Positions 12,576-26,700 of a stretch of DNA of 64,000 nucleotides are shown piece by piece (position 1 is the first letter of the stretch; every line of letters begins with the position of its first letter). The notes under the pieces were generated by a model. It was not told where the DNA came from. It saw only the letters and a program-made list of their open reading frames with translations, and ran no database searches. Source of the DNA: Epiperipatus broadwayi (Eukaryota > Animalia > Onychophora); assembly GCA_028023455.1 (NCBI GenBank), contig JAQFVV010000009.1, positions 744,001 to 808,000 on the forward strand. The letters run 5' to 3'. The translations under genes and the position numbers were made by a program.

Positions 12576-15190
12576 GGGTAGTGAGTTTCCATTAGTTTTC
12601 ACAAACACAAATAATAAGTTAGGTTACTCAAATGCAAAACAGCATCATAGTGGAAACAGAGATAAAATTAATAAAATCTAAAAGGCCAACTTTCTCTATT
12701 GCATATAGATAGTCAGAGAATGGTAGTATATATGAAACTGATTTATCCACTGCTTTTGCCATAAATATGAACATTTTTTTAACAAAATAAAATTTAATTT
12801 TTCTAATTTATATTGAAGCTTCTAGCCAGTACAAACAATGTGTTTGAAATAATAATAGCCTAATATCAATTTATCAATTAGATATTGTATCACCATTAGT
12901 TTTTATCAACCTATTATTTGCAAAATGTATATGTAGATATTTATTTTTAATATATATATAATTAAGTGCTTAAGTACACTTTTTTTTTCTAACTTATACT
13001 AATTAAAGAATTCTCATTGCTATTGCTTATATATATATTGATTTAAACTTTTTATAGACGCTTGCTAATTTTTTAAAAAATGGTTGCTTTTTAGCTTTTA
13101 TTTAAAATTTTTCTTTTTTAAAATCTTTCAATGATAAAAGTGGGGGGGGGGGATCTTTGCAAAATTAAGATGAAGCACACAAAAAATAATTGTTTTTACT
13201 ACTTTAAAATGTTTTAATAATAGTTAATTGTATGCTGTATTTTCTATTTAAAAAAAAAAATCTGTTGACTCTTTTTTAATTCAGTCATTCAATAAATAGA
13301 AATTAAATAGATCATTAACAAATGTCCACACACACACTAAAATTTTTTGATTCTAAATACAATATATTTTTAAAAAAATTCTAATTAATATGAAAGTGTA
13401 TTATTGCACTCATTTTTATATTATAGCATATTATAGATGTATATGCATATTTTTATGTGTAAGTTAAAATATTTGGGTATTTTTATATACTGTATTTAAG
13501 AGTGCTTTAAATTCATGTATGTACACTTATAAGTTCTTATATAAAGGATTGTAAACAAGCAAAATATCCATTGCCTCACATCATACATTAAGGGTCTTTT
13601 TTGGAACAAAATATAGTAGGCATAAGAACTCCACTATTTTATGAACAAAAAAATTTTTGTAGAAAAACCATGTTATTGAATTATTGAGAAAATTTGTATT
13701 TGGAAAAACAAAAAACAAATGCATATTGCCTGCACTTATTTTATTTTACAAAAGTAATGAGTAAAATTTATTTTTATTGTTGAAATTCATTTTTTAATTA
13801 TCCTAAGTAATAACTTCATTTCAATTAATTTTATTAGTTTAAGGTCATTAGTTCTGTTGTTTTTCAACTTCTACATAATAGGTCTTAATAAAAGTATTGG
13901 AATCTATATCTATAAATGAAATATTAGTAGGAATTTTGTTGCTTCAAATTTATATCATTACCTGGGAAGCTTGAATCAGTGTTAATGATGGAAAATTCAA
14001 TCCATTATTAACATTTTAAAAATAAGTTTTATAAAATTAATAACATTTTATCCCACTCTAGTATTAAGATGGGTATGCAATCAGTGCACAAAATGATAAT
14101 TTAAATTTATAAACACCTATTTTATTTAAGAACATTTTTTTCAAAATTATCTCTATCCTAATGATACATTTCACCTGAACCACCTCCATGCATCTTAAAA
14201 TATGCTTAGACTTACATTTCCTATATTTTGGGGAATTTTAATGTCCAAAAATATTTGACATATAACTGATGCCAGGGCATTTGAAGTGACTGGTTTAGTA
14301 GAAATGATTACTGAAGTAGTATTACATTTTTTCTGATGTCTTTGGAAAAAGATATTCTTTGTAAAGTAGATGAATTGATAGAAAAAAAAGGTAATAATGT
14401 TATTAATGCATATGTGTTTAGGAATTCAAATTTCATACATGTAGTAAAAATTGATGAAAGTAAAATGGTAATATATTTAAAATAATTTAAAGTTTTATTT
14501 CAAAAATATGAAATGTAATATTTCCATTTTTACTGTAAAATTATCAAGTTTATTTTATGAAGTATAATAATATCTAAATTGTAAGTTCAAAGTTCATGTG
14601 GTAAAAATTACTATCTATAAAAAGTAGTTATATTTAATCTTTAAAATAATTTAATGTTATTTATCAAATGTACAAAATTTAATAATTCTATGTTTATGAT
14701 GTGATTATCAAAATTTACTTTGTCAGTTACATTAATATCTAAATTGCTTAAGATTAGTCATATGAAAAAAATGTTTGTAATTTATAATGAGATATCATAT
14801 TTTTAAGAATACTATTGAAGGAATATGATACTTATGAACATTTTTCACTCCCAAAAAGATTTTCAAAAAAAATTTTCAGTTTAAATGATATTACTTTTTT
14901 CTCTCTCTCTTTTTATCTCATGTTTTTAGAAATCATTATTTTTTTGATTTAGGTTTTTTTAGATTGTAACACTTTACAAAAAGATATTATTAAGTATAAA
15001 ACTTAGTCTCTGTCATAAAATACAACTTAATATCTTTAGAAAGTAATGAGATATCTTTGCTGGTAGAAGACAAAATGGTGGCACAGTATTATTATTACAA
15101 ATATTTAATGCTATAAAATTGTTTTTGGCAAAAGCTATATAGAAATTTTAACTATTTTCTTATCTCTATGAGTTTTCACCACTCATGATA

Positions 15191-15817
15191 TGTTACTGTT
15201 GTGTTTGGTTGATTTACAGGTTCAGTTCCAAACCAACAGAAAAAGTAATGATAGACTACTCAACAATTAATATGTATAATTTATTAGTTACAAATACACA
15301 CATGTTAATTAATCAATAATAAATAGTTTATACAATTAATGATGAGATAGTCATACTGGGCAATGGAACTTTCAGATATCTGATTAGCCTGCCTTGCGAG
15401 TTCAAGTAAGATTCTTCTGGCTGTACAGGACATCTTGCCTAGAGTTAGCTCTAGTTCAGACTCTTCCAGCTGCACTTAGACAGCTTGCCTTGAGTTGACT
15501 GCAGTTGTAGCAGTTTCCAGTCCTAGGTAGACTTGTCTCATTGTGTAGGCATAGTGAAGACACCCTTGCTGTAGGTAGAGGTTTTACTGGAGTGCACATT
15601 CAGTCATTCAGGTTGACAATTTAACGCTCTCTGCCTTGCCTCCAAAAAGGCTGACAATTTATTGTCAGATCCCTTACCTTATTGGGAACACTCAGATTTG
15701 GAGTGCAAACCCCAATGAAGGATTCGTCACCATTGGATAGCAACCGGATGTTAGCTGATCAGGCAAGGAATCTGGAATAGTCCACTTCTGAAGGCAAGGT
15801 CAGATATGACAGTTACA
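15191..15817 (-). mobile_element. Probable solo LTR (627 bp)
   Basis: Sharp GC-richer island bounded by TGTTACTGT...ACAGTTACA (TG..CA, 8/9 inverted match). There is an AATAAA on the - strand at 15280-15285 near its 3' end. No clean TSD. Confidence 0.55.
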
Positions 15818-17920
15818 ATATTTGATAATGAATGTATATATAATAAACAAGTATATAAAATACTGATGTATTTAACTGTGGATGGAATAAATAATATTTA
15901 TGAATGCTGTAAATATTAGTTTGATTATATATATATATTAATTTCTGGTGTTTGTAAAACAGCAACTGATAAACATAGTATATAAATTAGGAAGCTATAA
16001 ATGATCTGAAAATTCAGGAAGAAATAAAATTAGATTCATTAGGTACAAATAGTATAAAAATTCAATATGTAAGTGAATAAATATATATAAATGAATACAT
16101 ATAGAAATATTACGTAACCATAGAATTGAAAATGTAAAAATATGCAGTTTTGTTATAAGTAATTATTTCAATAAATATTTAAAATAATAATTTTTAAATT
16201 TAACATAATAATATATATTTAACAAATAGATTATAAAAATTCAATTAATAAAAATCTTTCTTTTAAAAATTGTAAGTTAAGAGTAAGTCATTCTCAGATA
16301 AATTCATGTAAATAATTTAAATTGCTCTCATAAATTTATTTAAAAAGTTTTAATCTAGTCTTAAAAGCAAATTATTAACAATAGCAAGTCTAAAAATGAA
16401 ATTAGAAATAAAAGTTAAAATTGCAATTATTTTGTTTGTAAACTTAGTTAATTTTCTTAATTAATGGTAAACTCCAGATAATATTAAACTTGGATATTCC
16501 CACATGGAAAAAAAAATTATAAAAAAGTAGGGTAGAGTAGCAATTATTTATTAGATTAGAATATATTTTCTGGGGGGGGGGGGGAATTAGCCAATGAGAA
16601 AGTGTTTAATAAAACTGAACTGATAATATTTCAGTGCCTATAAATTTTTTTGAAATCTCCAATATCCTTTGTTCAAAATAAATCCCATGTCAAGAAGATA
16701 AAAAAAATATGTGGGTAAATAAGGCAAAGATCTCTCGACGATACCACTCTGAATAACAAGCTCTAATATAAATCTTTCTAGGCAACAAACACGAAAACCC
16801 TGAAACTAAAAAAAAGTATTTGAATGGCTAAGTAATACCAATAATAACAGCAACAACAAAACTATAGTTAAAATTATATAATTGATAAAAATAAAGTCAA
16901 CATCATAAATAAACTGCAATCAAAATAGATTAAAGAGTAAAATAAGGCCAGCAGTCATAAATGAAAATGTCTGCAGGCATGAAAAGAAAGCTTTAAATGC
17001 TTATAAAAGTTCCTGCAAAAGATTGTCTCCTGAACAGCCATTTACATTTGGCTTTAAAAAACCTTAACAATCAATTATGTTTACCTATTAAAAAATATTA
17101 GTTATTAGAATGTTTCAATGATATACATGTCAAAGTGAAATAAACGTTTTATTGTGAAATTCACAAACCTCAGGAATTTCTATGAATAAGTAAATGACAT
17201 TTTTTAAAAAAACTCTGAGATGGATAATGAAAGTACTCTTTCAGTTACTTTTAAAAATTCATTTATATAATATTAGACTTAGTTTTAAAATGGACTTTAA
17301 ATGTTTTATTAAGGTTTTTTTTATTTATTCCGATATAATGAGTGAAATGCATTGTAGGTGAAAATTATTAACGTCAAAAAAAATTGTGCAAGATTTAAAA
17401 ATTAGAATTTTATTTAAGTCATTTTTTTTTTAATCTCTTTTTAAAATTACCCTCAAATATATACTTTCTTGGTTTTATTTAAACACTAAACAAATATAGG
17501 TTTTAAATATATGTTGTGATCTTTTGGAATCACATAAAATGAATAAATAAATTAGAATTGATCATTAATCTGTAATTAGTACAAATAAGCAATAAATCTA
17601 CGAAAATATATATGTATAAATTTGATAAGAGAGAACTGAATAACTTTCTTCTAATTAATAATATTTAATGATAGCATTCTTGATAAAATAAAATTCCATT
17701 TAGTAAAAGACGAATAACGGCTGTTTTACATGTTTCAAAATAATTACATCTTACATAATCGTATTATTTCATAATACAAATTAATCATGTATAAAAGTAA
17801 AACATTTAAGATGCCACAATACAACTTTTATGATAATTAATTAAAAGAACTATTCAATTTTTAATAGATTTTAAAATACCATAGAACTAATTTATCATTG
17901 ATAAAAAGGAATTCAATTGT

Positions 17921-18040
17921 TGTCAAGCGTTGTTAGCCGAGAGGTCAGCGCAGCTGCCTTGCAAGCAAGAAGTTGTTTGTAGACGGTTGTTTGCGGGTTC
18001 GCCTCCCGGCCGATGCTATGACATATGAAAAAAAAAAAAA
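17921..18040 (+). mobile_element. Young tRNA-derived SINE or retroposed tRNA-like RNA with poly(A) tail and 18-bp TSD
   Basis: A box TAGCCGAGAGG (17934-17944), B box GGTTCGCCTCC (17996-18006), loop CTTGCAA with TGC at 17960-17962, and A13 tail (18028-18040). The direct repeat AAAAAGGAATTCAATTGT occurs at 17903-17920 and 18036-18053. CpGs are retained. Confidence 0.9.
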
Positions 18041-19112
18041 GGAATTCAATTGTGTATTATGTGTAGAAATGGAAATAATACAGTATCATTTTTAGAATAG
18101 TACACATAAGATCATCTAATCATTATTTAGATAAACATTAGTTTACTCATATATTCATCATATTTGCTTAATTTATATATAAACTTTTTAAAAATTATTA
18201 ATCATGATAAATGAACATAACTCACTTTAATAGGTCATAAGTTTTCAAGAATATCATGAAACCATGATTTCCTCATGGATAGAAAGGCAGTTTAATTGTC
18301 ATTGGTTAGCTTATTAATGGCATATTGCAAAGGAAGATACAAATTGGTTTGTGGGAAAAGTATACAGTGAGTGAAAGTTGAGTGAGTTGATATAAGTTCA
18401 ATAAATTAATTAAATTATATTATTATCAGAAGTAATAAAATATGAAAATGAATCAGAAAATGGAATCAAATCTTATTATTGGAGTTTCAATTCCTCTATA
18501 ATTTCATAGTAGGTAAAGGAATGAGGAATAATAATGATAATGTTGAAGTGTATAAACAAAATCATGAATCCAATATTCAAATCTTATATTTAATAATGAG
18601 ATTGTAAATAAACTTCCAACCATATATGTAAATTTTTTATGGATCCTTTTCAGAAAAAAAAAAGTTAGAATTAGAGTGAAATGTAAGGACCAACCATTAA
18701 AATATATATATAATATTAGAATTCTTAATAAATTTTTAGACCAACTGCATAGAATCTTAAAATATATACTGAAATTTTAGCAAAATAATATTGGCTTTCA
18801 ATTGTGTAAAGTTGTTATCACATGGTTGTTACAAAGGTGTAAAAAAAATAGTTAAGAATTGTAAAAAAAGTCAAACACATGAAATCACAGAACAAAATAA
18901 AACAAATTAAAGAGTGCTTTTTTTTTTGTAGGATTAAAGCAAAAACAATAATAATCAAAGACTGAAAATTTGAAGTATTAAGAATTGATTGGTTAGATTT
19001 GAGTTTAGTTGATTGTTTTTTTTATTATTATTATTAATTGTGTAAAAAACAAATTCTTTCTAATTGGTGGTAATTTACTTTATGGTCATCTTTTTAACTA
19101 TAATCATTATTA

Positions 19113-20110
19113 ATGATCCATGAAAAGGCTTGTCCTGTATCTAAAACTATATTCGTCAAGTTTGTGAATATCTTATTCTCTCTTTTAAAAATTCAGAGTA
19201 TTTCCTTATTTAATATCTCAAGCATTCTTCTATTTCATTTCTCTTATTCTCTAGACCTTTTCAATATATCCTTCATAATCCCTCTTGCCTATGAGTATAT
19301 ATTGAATCCAAACTCTTTAATTTTATTAAAAAATAATCTTTTTTCACCTTACTATTTTCAACATTTCTGCATTTTATTTTTCTCCAAATCTACATCTCTA
19401 AAGTTTCCATATTTTTTTACTTATTTTAATTATCCAATTTATGCTCTATATAAATCTATATTCCATACAAAACATTTAATAAGACTCTTTCTTAGATATA
19501 TTGTCTTGCATCATTTAGAATACTAGTGGAATATGAACTTTGGAACTCAAGGTCCATAGATCATAACTCTAACTCTGTCATTTCCGGTGCTAACATTTAT
19601 TATGAAATCCCAGACAATAAATGATTCATTTATTATTTTTTTTATATCTATTTACTGTAACTCACAGAATAACTTTCTTCCTTCAATAAAAATCTGTTTA
19701 ACCATCGAAATTCCTACGGTAATTTTTTTTAATCACTTCTTTTACCGTTACTTAACCAATTTTTAAATATTTAAAAGTATTAATCTGTTCTATAGTTTTT
19801 TGTCCAGTGCATATTCTTAATTATTATTATTTTCTTATATTTTCATTGTTTTAGTTATATTTACATTTTTTTCTATTTCAAGCACTCTACAAATTCTGTC
19901 AATTCTACATAATATTTTATTAAACTCATCATCTACAAATAGTAACATATCAACAAATCTGATACAATTAACCCTTTAAATCTCCATTTTAATATCATTT
20001 TTTAAAAATAACATTTATTTAATAATTCATTTATATTAAATAGAGTGGAAGATAGGCAATGTCCCTACCTTATATCTTTTTCTACATCTAAAATACTACC
20101 ATCACAAACC
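19113..20110 (-). mobile_element. Heavily decayed LINE RT fragment
   Basis: The - strand reads DIR*GHCLSSTLFNI (~20030-20080, the RQGC.LSP.LF motif) and MLLFVDD (FVDD at 19928-19939). Confidence 0.7.
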
Positions 20111-20947
20111 TTCAGGAAAATACTAATATACATATTTCAAATATATATTGTAATGGTCTGCTCTATATGATTAAATTGATTTAAGTGCCATCTAATAATA
20201 CTTTCAAAAAATATATAACATATATTTTTTGTTTATATATTTTAATAGGATTCAGAAATATTTTCCTTAAAATGTGATGATGATATTCACTACATAACAC
20301 ACTATTTGAAATGTCTGGCCAAATCACATCTACACTATCTCCAATGAAATGGACATGGAAATAATATGTTGACCAGACAACTTTATATATATATTAAACA
20401 CACTATTAAACAAATAGCAAAATAATAATTTATTTACAAAGTATGGCAATTGTCATAAAATATATAATTTTTATTTGTCATAAACATAGTTCCATTACTC
20501 ACTATATAATATAAGAATTCATATTATTACTACTGGAAAATTTTCTTTATAATTTAAATGCCTTTATGGATATAATTTAATCTAAAAAATTTAATTGATA
20601 ATGATCTATTTAGTAAATATTTCTTAACTATCTCTCAACTCATGACTCACATACACATGCAGAAAATAAATATGAAACAATCATACTTTTTGTAAAATAT
20701 CCAAGATTTATCTTGATTAATTTTAAATAATTAATTTTTTAATTACATATTATATTGCTAATATAATTATATGATTGAGTAGCCTTGTCATCAAATAAAT
20801 TCCTGGCCTTTAATACACCTAGATATAATTCTACGCATGGCTGACCATTACAAATATAATACATTTATCCCTATCTTTAGTTTCATAGCCATGTCACACA
20901 CATATATCTAGTATGGGTTATTATAACAAATACACAATTCTTATAAT

Positions 20948-21422
20948 GTAATTATAAATTTATTTAACGCACATTGATTACGTAAGTAATATTTACTAAG
21001 ACAATAAACCTCAAGAGTATGCACTTGAAAATGCAAAGGTAGGAACCTGTACAGGTCTTAACCACAAGCTTACACTTTGGAAGAAAAGAGGGGAACCCCT
21101 CTTTACTTCAACCTACTTTCTATATAAATAGGTGAAGCTGAAGCAGTTAGATCTGAGAGTGTGAAGCTATTCAATATTTCACTCATTAAGTCCACAATTC
21201 CTATTACACATTAGTACTCATGAACTCTTGATTTACAAGTCAATGGAACGATCTTATAGTTAGAAATCTATTACGATAATTTAAAGTAGTAATTATAAAT
21301 TTATTTAACGCACATTGTTACATAAGTAATATTTACTAAGGCAATAAACTTCAAGAGTGTGTGCTTGATTGTGCGCATTTTCAAATGCACACTCTTGAGG
21401 TTTATTGCCTTAGTAAATATTA
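20948..21422. repeat. 341-bp unit flanked by ~80-bp direct repeats and ending in a 42-bp fold-back
   Basis: Copy A1 at 20948-21034 and copy A2 at 21289-21368 are direct repeats. The inverted copy at 21381-21422 pairs with 21327-21368 across a 12-nt loop. Confidence 0.85.
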
Positions 21423-23344
21423 TTAATTCTTATAATGATAATTCTAGGGGATGGCCACTTTAGGTCAAAATCTTTTTTTAATAATAACCCAAACTTAAAT
21501 AATTGAGGTGGTTCTTTTGAATTTGATCTCAAATTTAAAAAATGAAACTGAATAAATTTACAATGATATATTTTAACATTCAAACTAGTGATCTAAACAA
21601 CTACAAAATATATGTTCTAACACATATAAAATCTAATTCAAGGTAACTAATGTAAGGGGTAATTCGTGTACAAATGAACTTGGTGGAATTAATAACCTTT
21701 AATTTAATTTAAATCTCCAATAATTATGCTACCATTTGTTCTTAACTAGCATTCCTTATTTTTAATACTTGGACACTCACATTAAATATTTTTACATGCA
21801 TGCATATTTTATTCATTTAAAATGACTATTGCTTATTATTGCTATTTTTTTTCAATTCACTGATGATTTCAATATGAAAAAAAGTACCTTTTTCTTTTTT
21901 TATAAAAAAATTACAATTTTAACTAATCTATATATTAAAGAAAGGACAAAGTGAATTTTGTATTTTAGCTACTTTAAACACAGCTAGAATATTTATATAT
22001 GCTAAGCAGTAAATATTCACTTTTTCCTTTAATCTATCAATCAATATATTTATTATACACATATAAATATTATATACCTAATAAAATGTAGTTATAATTA
22101 AATTACTCTAACTGTCATCTTAAAATAAATCTTAAAATGAATAATACTTTAGAATATCTGTTTAATTGATAAACATTTTTAAAAAAACATATACAGTATA
22201 TGAATATCATTTAGCATAAAGTATTGTAGCTGGTATTCTCTCTACAGATCATTGTGAGGATTTCTATATGAGCTAATATTTCTCCTTTAATGACATGCAT
22301 TAATTGATTTATTTTATTTTCCCATTTTTCTTTTTTCCAAGTCACTATATCGTTCTTTTACCAGTTCCCTAGACAAGCAGGAATTCCTTTCCCCTGATAT
22401 ATAATCTAAAATGCATTCTTGGAATTACTTAATATTTAGGTTTTTTTTTCATGTAGAGTAGAGATTCCTTTAAAATAGCTTTATCAGGTTCGTCAATGTG
22501 GCTCCAAAACAATGTTTGGTAGCTGATAGTTTTTCCGCTTTTCTATTCTGTTATCGTAATGATTGTTCACTAAAGATTGAATACATTAAGAATTAAGACT
22601 AAAAAATTTCAAGAAATCCCTGACTGTCTATACTACTGCCTTTTTATTTACAACATTATGATGTCCTCTTTATTTTATTAATCTAGGTGACCTTGGTTTA
22701 TTTTAATTATATTTAAGTTTCAAAACACCATAATTATTTAATTAATTTAATTTTTATCTTGTTTTTGGATTTCTTATCTCCAAATTCAAAATGCAATTTT
22801 AAAATTAAAAATCCATACAGTTAAACCAAAATGTAGCTAATCTAATTAAACTTTTAAAATCCATTTCTTTTAATAAATGTACTTAATTGTGTTGTTTTGC
22901 AATAGATTCATGCCAATATAAATTTAGTTATACATTCCATTTTTAATCTTTAATAATAAAAAAATTAATGATACTGTCTCTTATCTATTTTATTACTTAG
23001 TTTCTTTACAAATTTAATCTTTTATAATAAAACATTTTACAATAGTTACAATTATTTTAAAATATTACTTTTAATAATTCTAAAATTTCAACATTACCTA
23101 TTACTATTACTTTTAATAATTTATTTTAAGATATTTTTATTATTTTATATAAGATTTTTGTAATGCTATTTCTATTAGCCATTCTCACAACTGAAAACCA
23201 CCTGATTGCCATGTGGAATTGATGTGGCTGACCATGAAATGAATGACACTTTTAACTTTTATATATATATATAAGAAAAGATTATTAAATTTAATTTAAA
23301 ATAAAACTAATAAAATTAATTAGGAAGTTTAGGAAAACTTCGAC

Positions 23345-23670
23345 AAGTGATTCTAATATTTTCAAGGCTTTTGATTGAGTTTTCATACACTTTTTCTAAG
23401 TAGTTTCCATCATCTGAATTCTGAAAATAGATATATAGATATTATTCCATCTAAGTTAAGTGAAATTTTATATAATATTTTTTTGGTTAGTCATATTTCT
23501 GTATCTAATTTGTCTTTTTTCTTATATAAACAATATTTATTTTTATTTTAGCTAAACCAATTCTATTGGTGCTAATGATAATATTCTATCCTATCAATAT
23601 CATGTGATCTTTTATAAGCAATTCATATGCTTCTTAAAGCAGTTATCTTCACTCTAATGTGGATCCATAA
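23345..23670 (+). mobile_element. Possible very old LINE RT remnant
   Basis: SNIFKAFD*V (~23355-23385) resembles the D.SKAFD.V RT motif; the rest is barely alignable. Confidence 0.3.
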
Positions 23671-23679
23671 TGATGTAAA

Positions 23680-23750
23680 CTTGAGTAATCAATAGTTACT
23701 AGATGGAGATTTTACAGTATTTTACATCTAGTGTCTATTGATTACTCAAG
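23680..23750. mobile_element. MITE, family B, minimal internally deleted copy
   Basis: Perfect 16-bp inverted repeat CTTGAGTAATCAATAG (23680-23695) / CTATTGATTACTCAAG (23735-23750), plus inner TAGATG/CATCTA. Same core as the family B TIR. Confidence 0.7.
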
Positions 23751-26700
23751 CAAAATAACTGCCCTTAATATTCTACATTTTAATTTTTTTAATCATTGGA
23801 TTTCATCTTTATGTACTCACTTCATATGAACAATGCCTACAGTTTTTTTTTTCATTAATTTCTAATCTTCAAAACACTTTGAAAATATTAATATAATTAA
23901 GTTCTATAAATCAATCCTATATTTTTAAAAAAACATAAATCAAAATTATTATAGATCTAATTTTTGATTCTGAAAATTGTAAAACAACTTTTATATTGTT
24001 AATCAATGTTTCTGTTTACAATGTTAAAGTTAATCAATTAGTTCAGTGCCCATGAATATAGAACTTCTTTCTCATATTTTACTTTATAATATTTTTTTAT
24101 GAGTATCATATTAAGATTTGCCTGATTATTTCATATTATCATGGGATTTTTACCCTTCATGTAAAAATAATTTTGATATTCATTTACCATTCAATATTCA
24201 AAGAAATTTTAAATTAATCTGAGAGATTCTCAGAACATTTTAAGCTCCATATAGATTTGGATTTTGCATCCTGAGAAGGGCAGATGATGGCATGATGTTC
24301 TTGAATGAAGACCTCATGTACTTTTATAGTGAATAATGTTTTTAAAAGTTGGTTGAACAATTTTAGTCATTTATATAAATATATATTGAGATCGTTATAT
24401 GTCTCATGGCATACTACCATATAGTAGTGTGTGTGCATATATACATAAAGTGGAAAGGAAACGTAAAAATAAACAAAAAATTTTTGTAGATATTTTTTAT
24501 ATTACACTGAAATAACAGTTAAGCATTAAATAATTTTGAATTTAAAAAAAATTATTATGAATTAAACATTTAAAAAGATCTAATTAATATTTTATTAATT
24601 CTGATTTTGAAATTAAAACAAGCATATTTTTTGTTATAATAGATATACTGGTAATTATAAAATTTCACTATTTATTTTGATTAGCAACTTTTTCTATAAT
24701 TAATGTATAACATACTTTGATAAAATTCCACAAAGTTGTTTTTCAAAGAATTAAGTTGAATTGAAAAAAGAGTCATAAACTTTTTTCAATCAAGATGGGG
24801 AAACACATTTTTAATTACTGTATTCCCCCCCTCCACCTTGACTTTAAAAGGTTGGGGAAAATTAGAGTGGAGTTTTTCATAAGATTTTTACAGATTATAA
24901 TAGGGTTACTATGAAGAGATAACTGAAGGTAAAGGACAGTTGGTCCAGTTACTGCTGCTAGTAGAATGTTGGAGGGGTTTTGATTCACATGGGGGTCTGG
25001 GTAAGCTTTTCTGTGGTTCAATAGTCCATATAGTATATTAGACAGTATACCTGAAGTCTATCCAATTCTAGACTAAATGCAGCTGATTGAATGTCATCAG
25101 TTACCCATCTCGAAGATGACAATAAGCCAGTATAGTGTTTGAAGGGACCAGCTTACCTAGAGTCCAACAGCTTGCAGAAAAATTAGTTTCTATATACACC
25201 ATTTTATTTATATGCAAATAAATATACTGTGGCATAATATAAAGTTCAACTGGTGAGTTGTATTACATATATTGAGAATGATAGAATTTTAAATAATTTC
25301 TTGAAATTACACTTAAAATTTCTAATTAACAAAATTTAAAAGTAAATGACTTTTGTCAAGTAAAAATAAAACAAGGAAAGAAAATATTAAATGACATTTG
25401 TGTCTAGAAGATTATTTGTTCCTAATATTGTTTATAAAAAAAAAGGAAGAGAGAAAAACTCTGAATATTTTTTTTAAATATTGAAAATGAAATTACAAGG
25501 ACCTGAATTTACAATGAAAATTTCCAAATGATAATAGTTTTTTTTTTTTTTAAGAAAAACATTACTTATCACAAAAAAAATAAGAGTAGCTAATTAATAG
25601 TTTTAATTCATATCTATTTTTATATACACACATCATACATGTGCATTTATGTATTATTAAAAATGATTGAACTTATTTATAAGTCTATGACAATTTGAAC
25701 ATATTAATATTTAAATTATTATACAGCACATATGAGTGCTTCCATATATCTGTGAATTTATATATATATTTTAAACTTGGAATTAGTTGTGAAAAATATA
25801 TTTTTAATAAATCTATTATTTTGAATAATTAAAATATCATATGATATAAACAATAGTGTGCACACACATTTCTATGGGTCCTCACATATATATGTGAAAA
25901 CAGTCATTATTTATGTATCATTAAAATGTGATAACATTTTTTATATGACAATTCCCTTATGTTATGACATGTCCATATACTTATATTGATCCATGTCAGA
26001 TAGACACATATATGTTAAAATTAATCGTATTTTTTATTATTATATGACAATTCAAATATGTTCATAAATTATAATGCATGTGTGTGTTTATATATGTGTG
26101 TTTTATGTATTGACACATTTGTAAATTACAATGTGATTGCTTTTAAAATTGATTAAATCAAAATCTTAATTTTTATTCTGCAGATCTTAATTTTATTTTA
26201 ATTGTTATTAATAAAGTGATATTTCATTGTTAAAGTTATTTTAGTTAATTTATTTAATCCTAAAAATATAAATTATTATATGTTTTATTATATCTCTTCT
26301 TCACAATAACAGATATAGAGCTTTTGTTTCTGAGCTAGATTTAAGCATAATGGTCTGTTATATAAAAAGTGATTTATATTTAGTGTTTATGGACATCCAG
26401 TTTGATGATCCTAGTTTGACACAAAGGGAATGTTCTTTAAAGCCTATACACTACATTTTATATACTTTAATATTTATTAGAAAATAAATTTATAGTTGGC
26501 GAGTAAATTAATGGTACTAAGTGGCTAGAGAATTGATGATGATCAGTATGTTTTAGTATCAAAGCATTATTTTTTAATTGTTATATTCTTATGAATTAGC
26601 ACTTAAGTTTGTGCACCCAAATTATTGTCTAAATAATCTGCCCCAAGCCGACATGGGCTAAATAATTAGCCTGGTCTATAATAGACCTATTTTAAATCCA

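Noticed and set aside
17926-18017. Functional tRNA-Ala gene
   Set aside because: Mismatches in the acceptor, anticodon and T stems, a poly(A) tail with TSD and no T-run terminator indicate a retroposed copy.
19113-19526. 137-aa + strand ORF
   Set aside because: Low-complexity F/L/I/S shadow of the - strand LINE remnant.
25100-25150. Possible hammerhead remnant CTCGAAGA-T-GACA...TGTT-TGAAG in a GC-richer island (24815-25170)
   Set aside because: It needs an insertion in the CUGA core, an extra base before GAA, and lacks A15 and stem III. It may be an old pLTR but cannot be supported.
26384-26490. Possible internal exon after TTTAG (..FMDIQFDDPSLTQRECSLK..)
   Set aside because: No credible GT donor before the stop codon and no recognisable homology.
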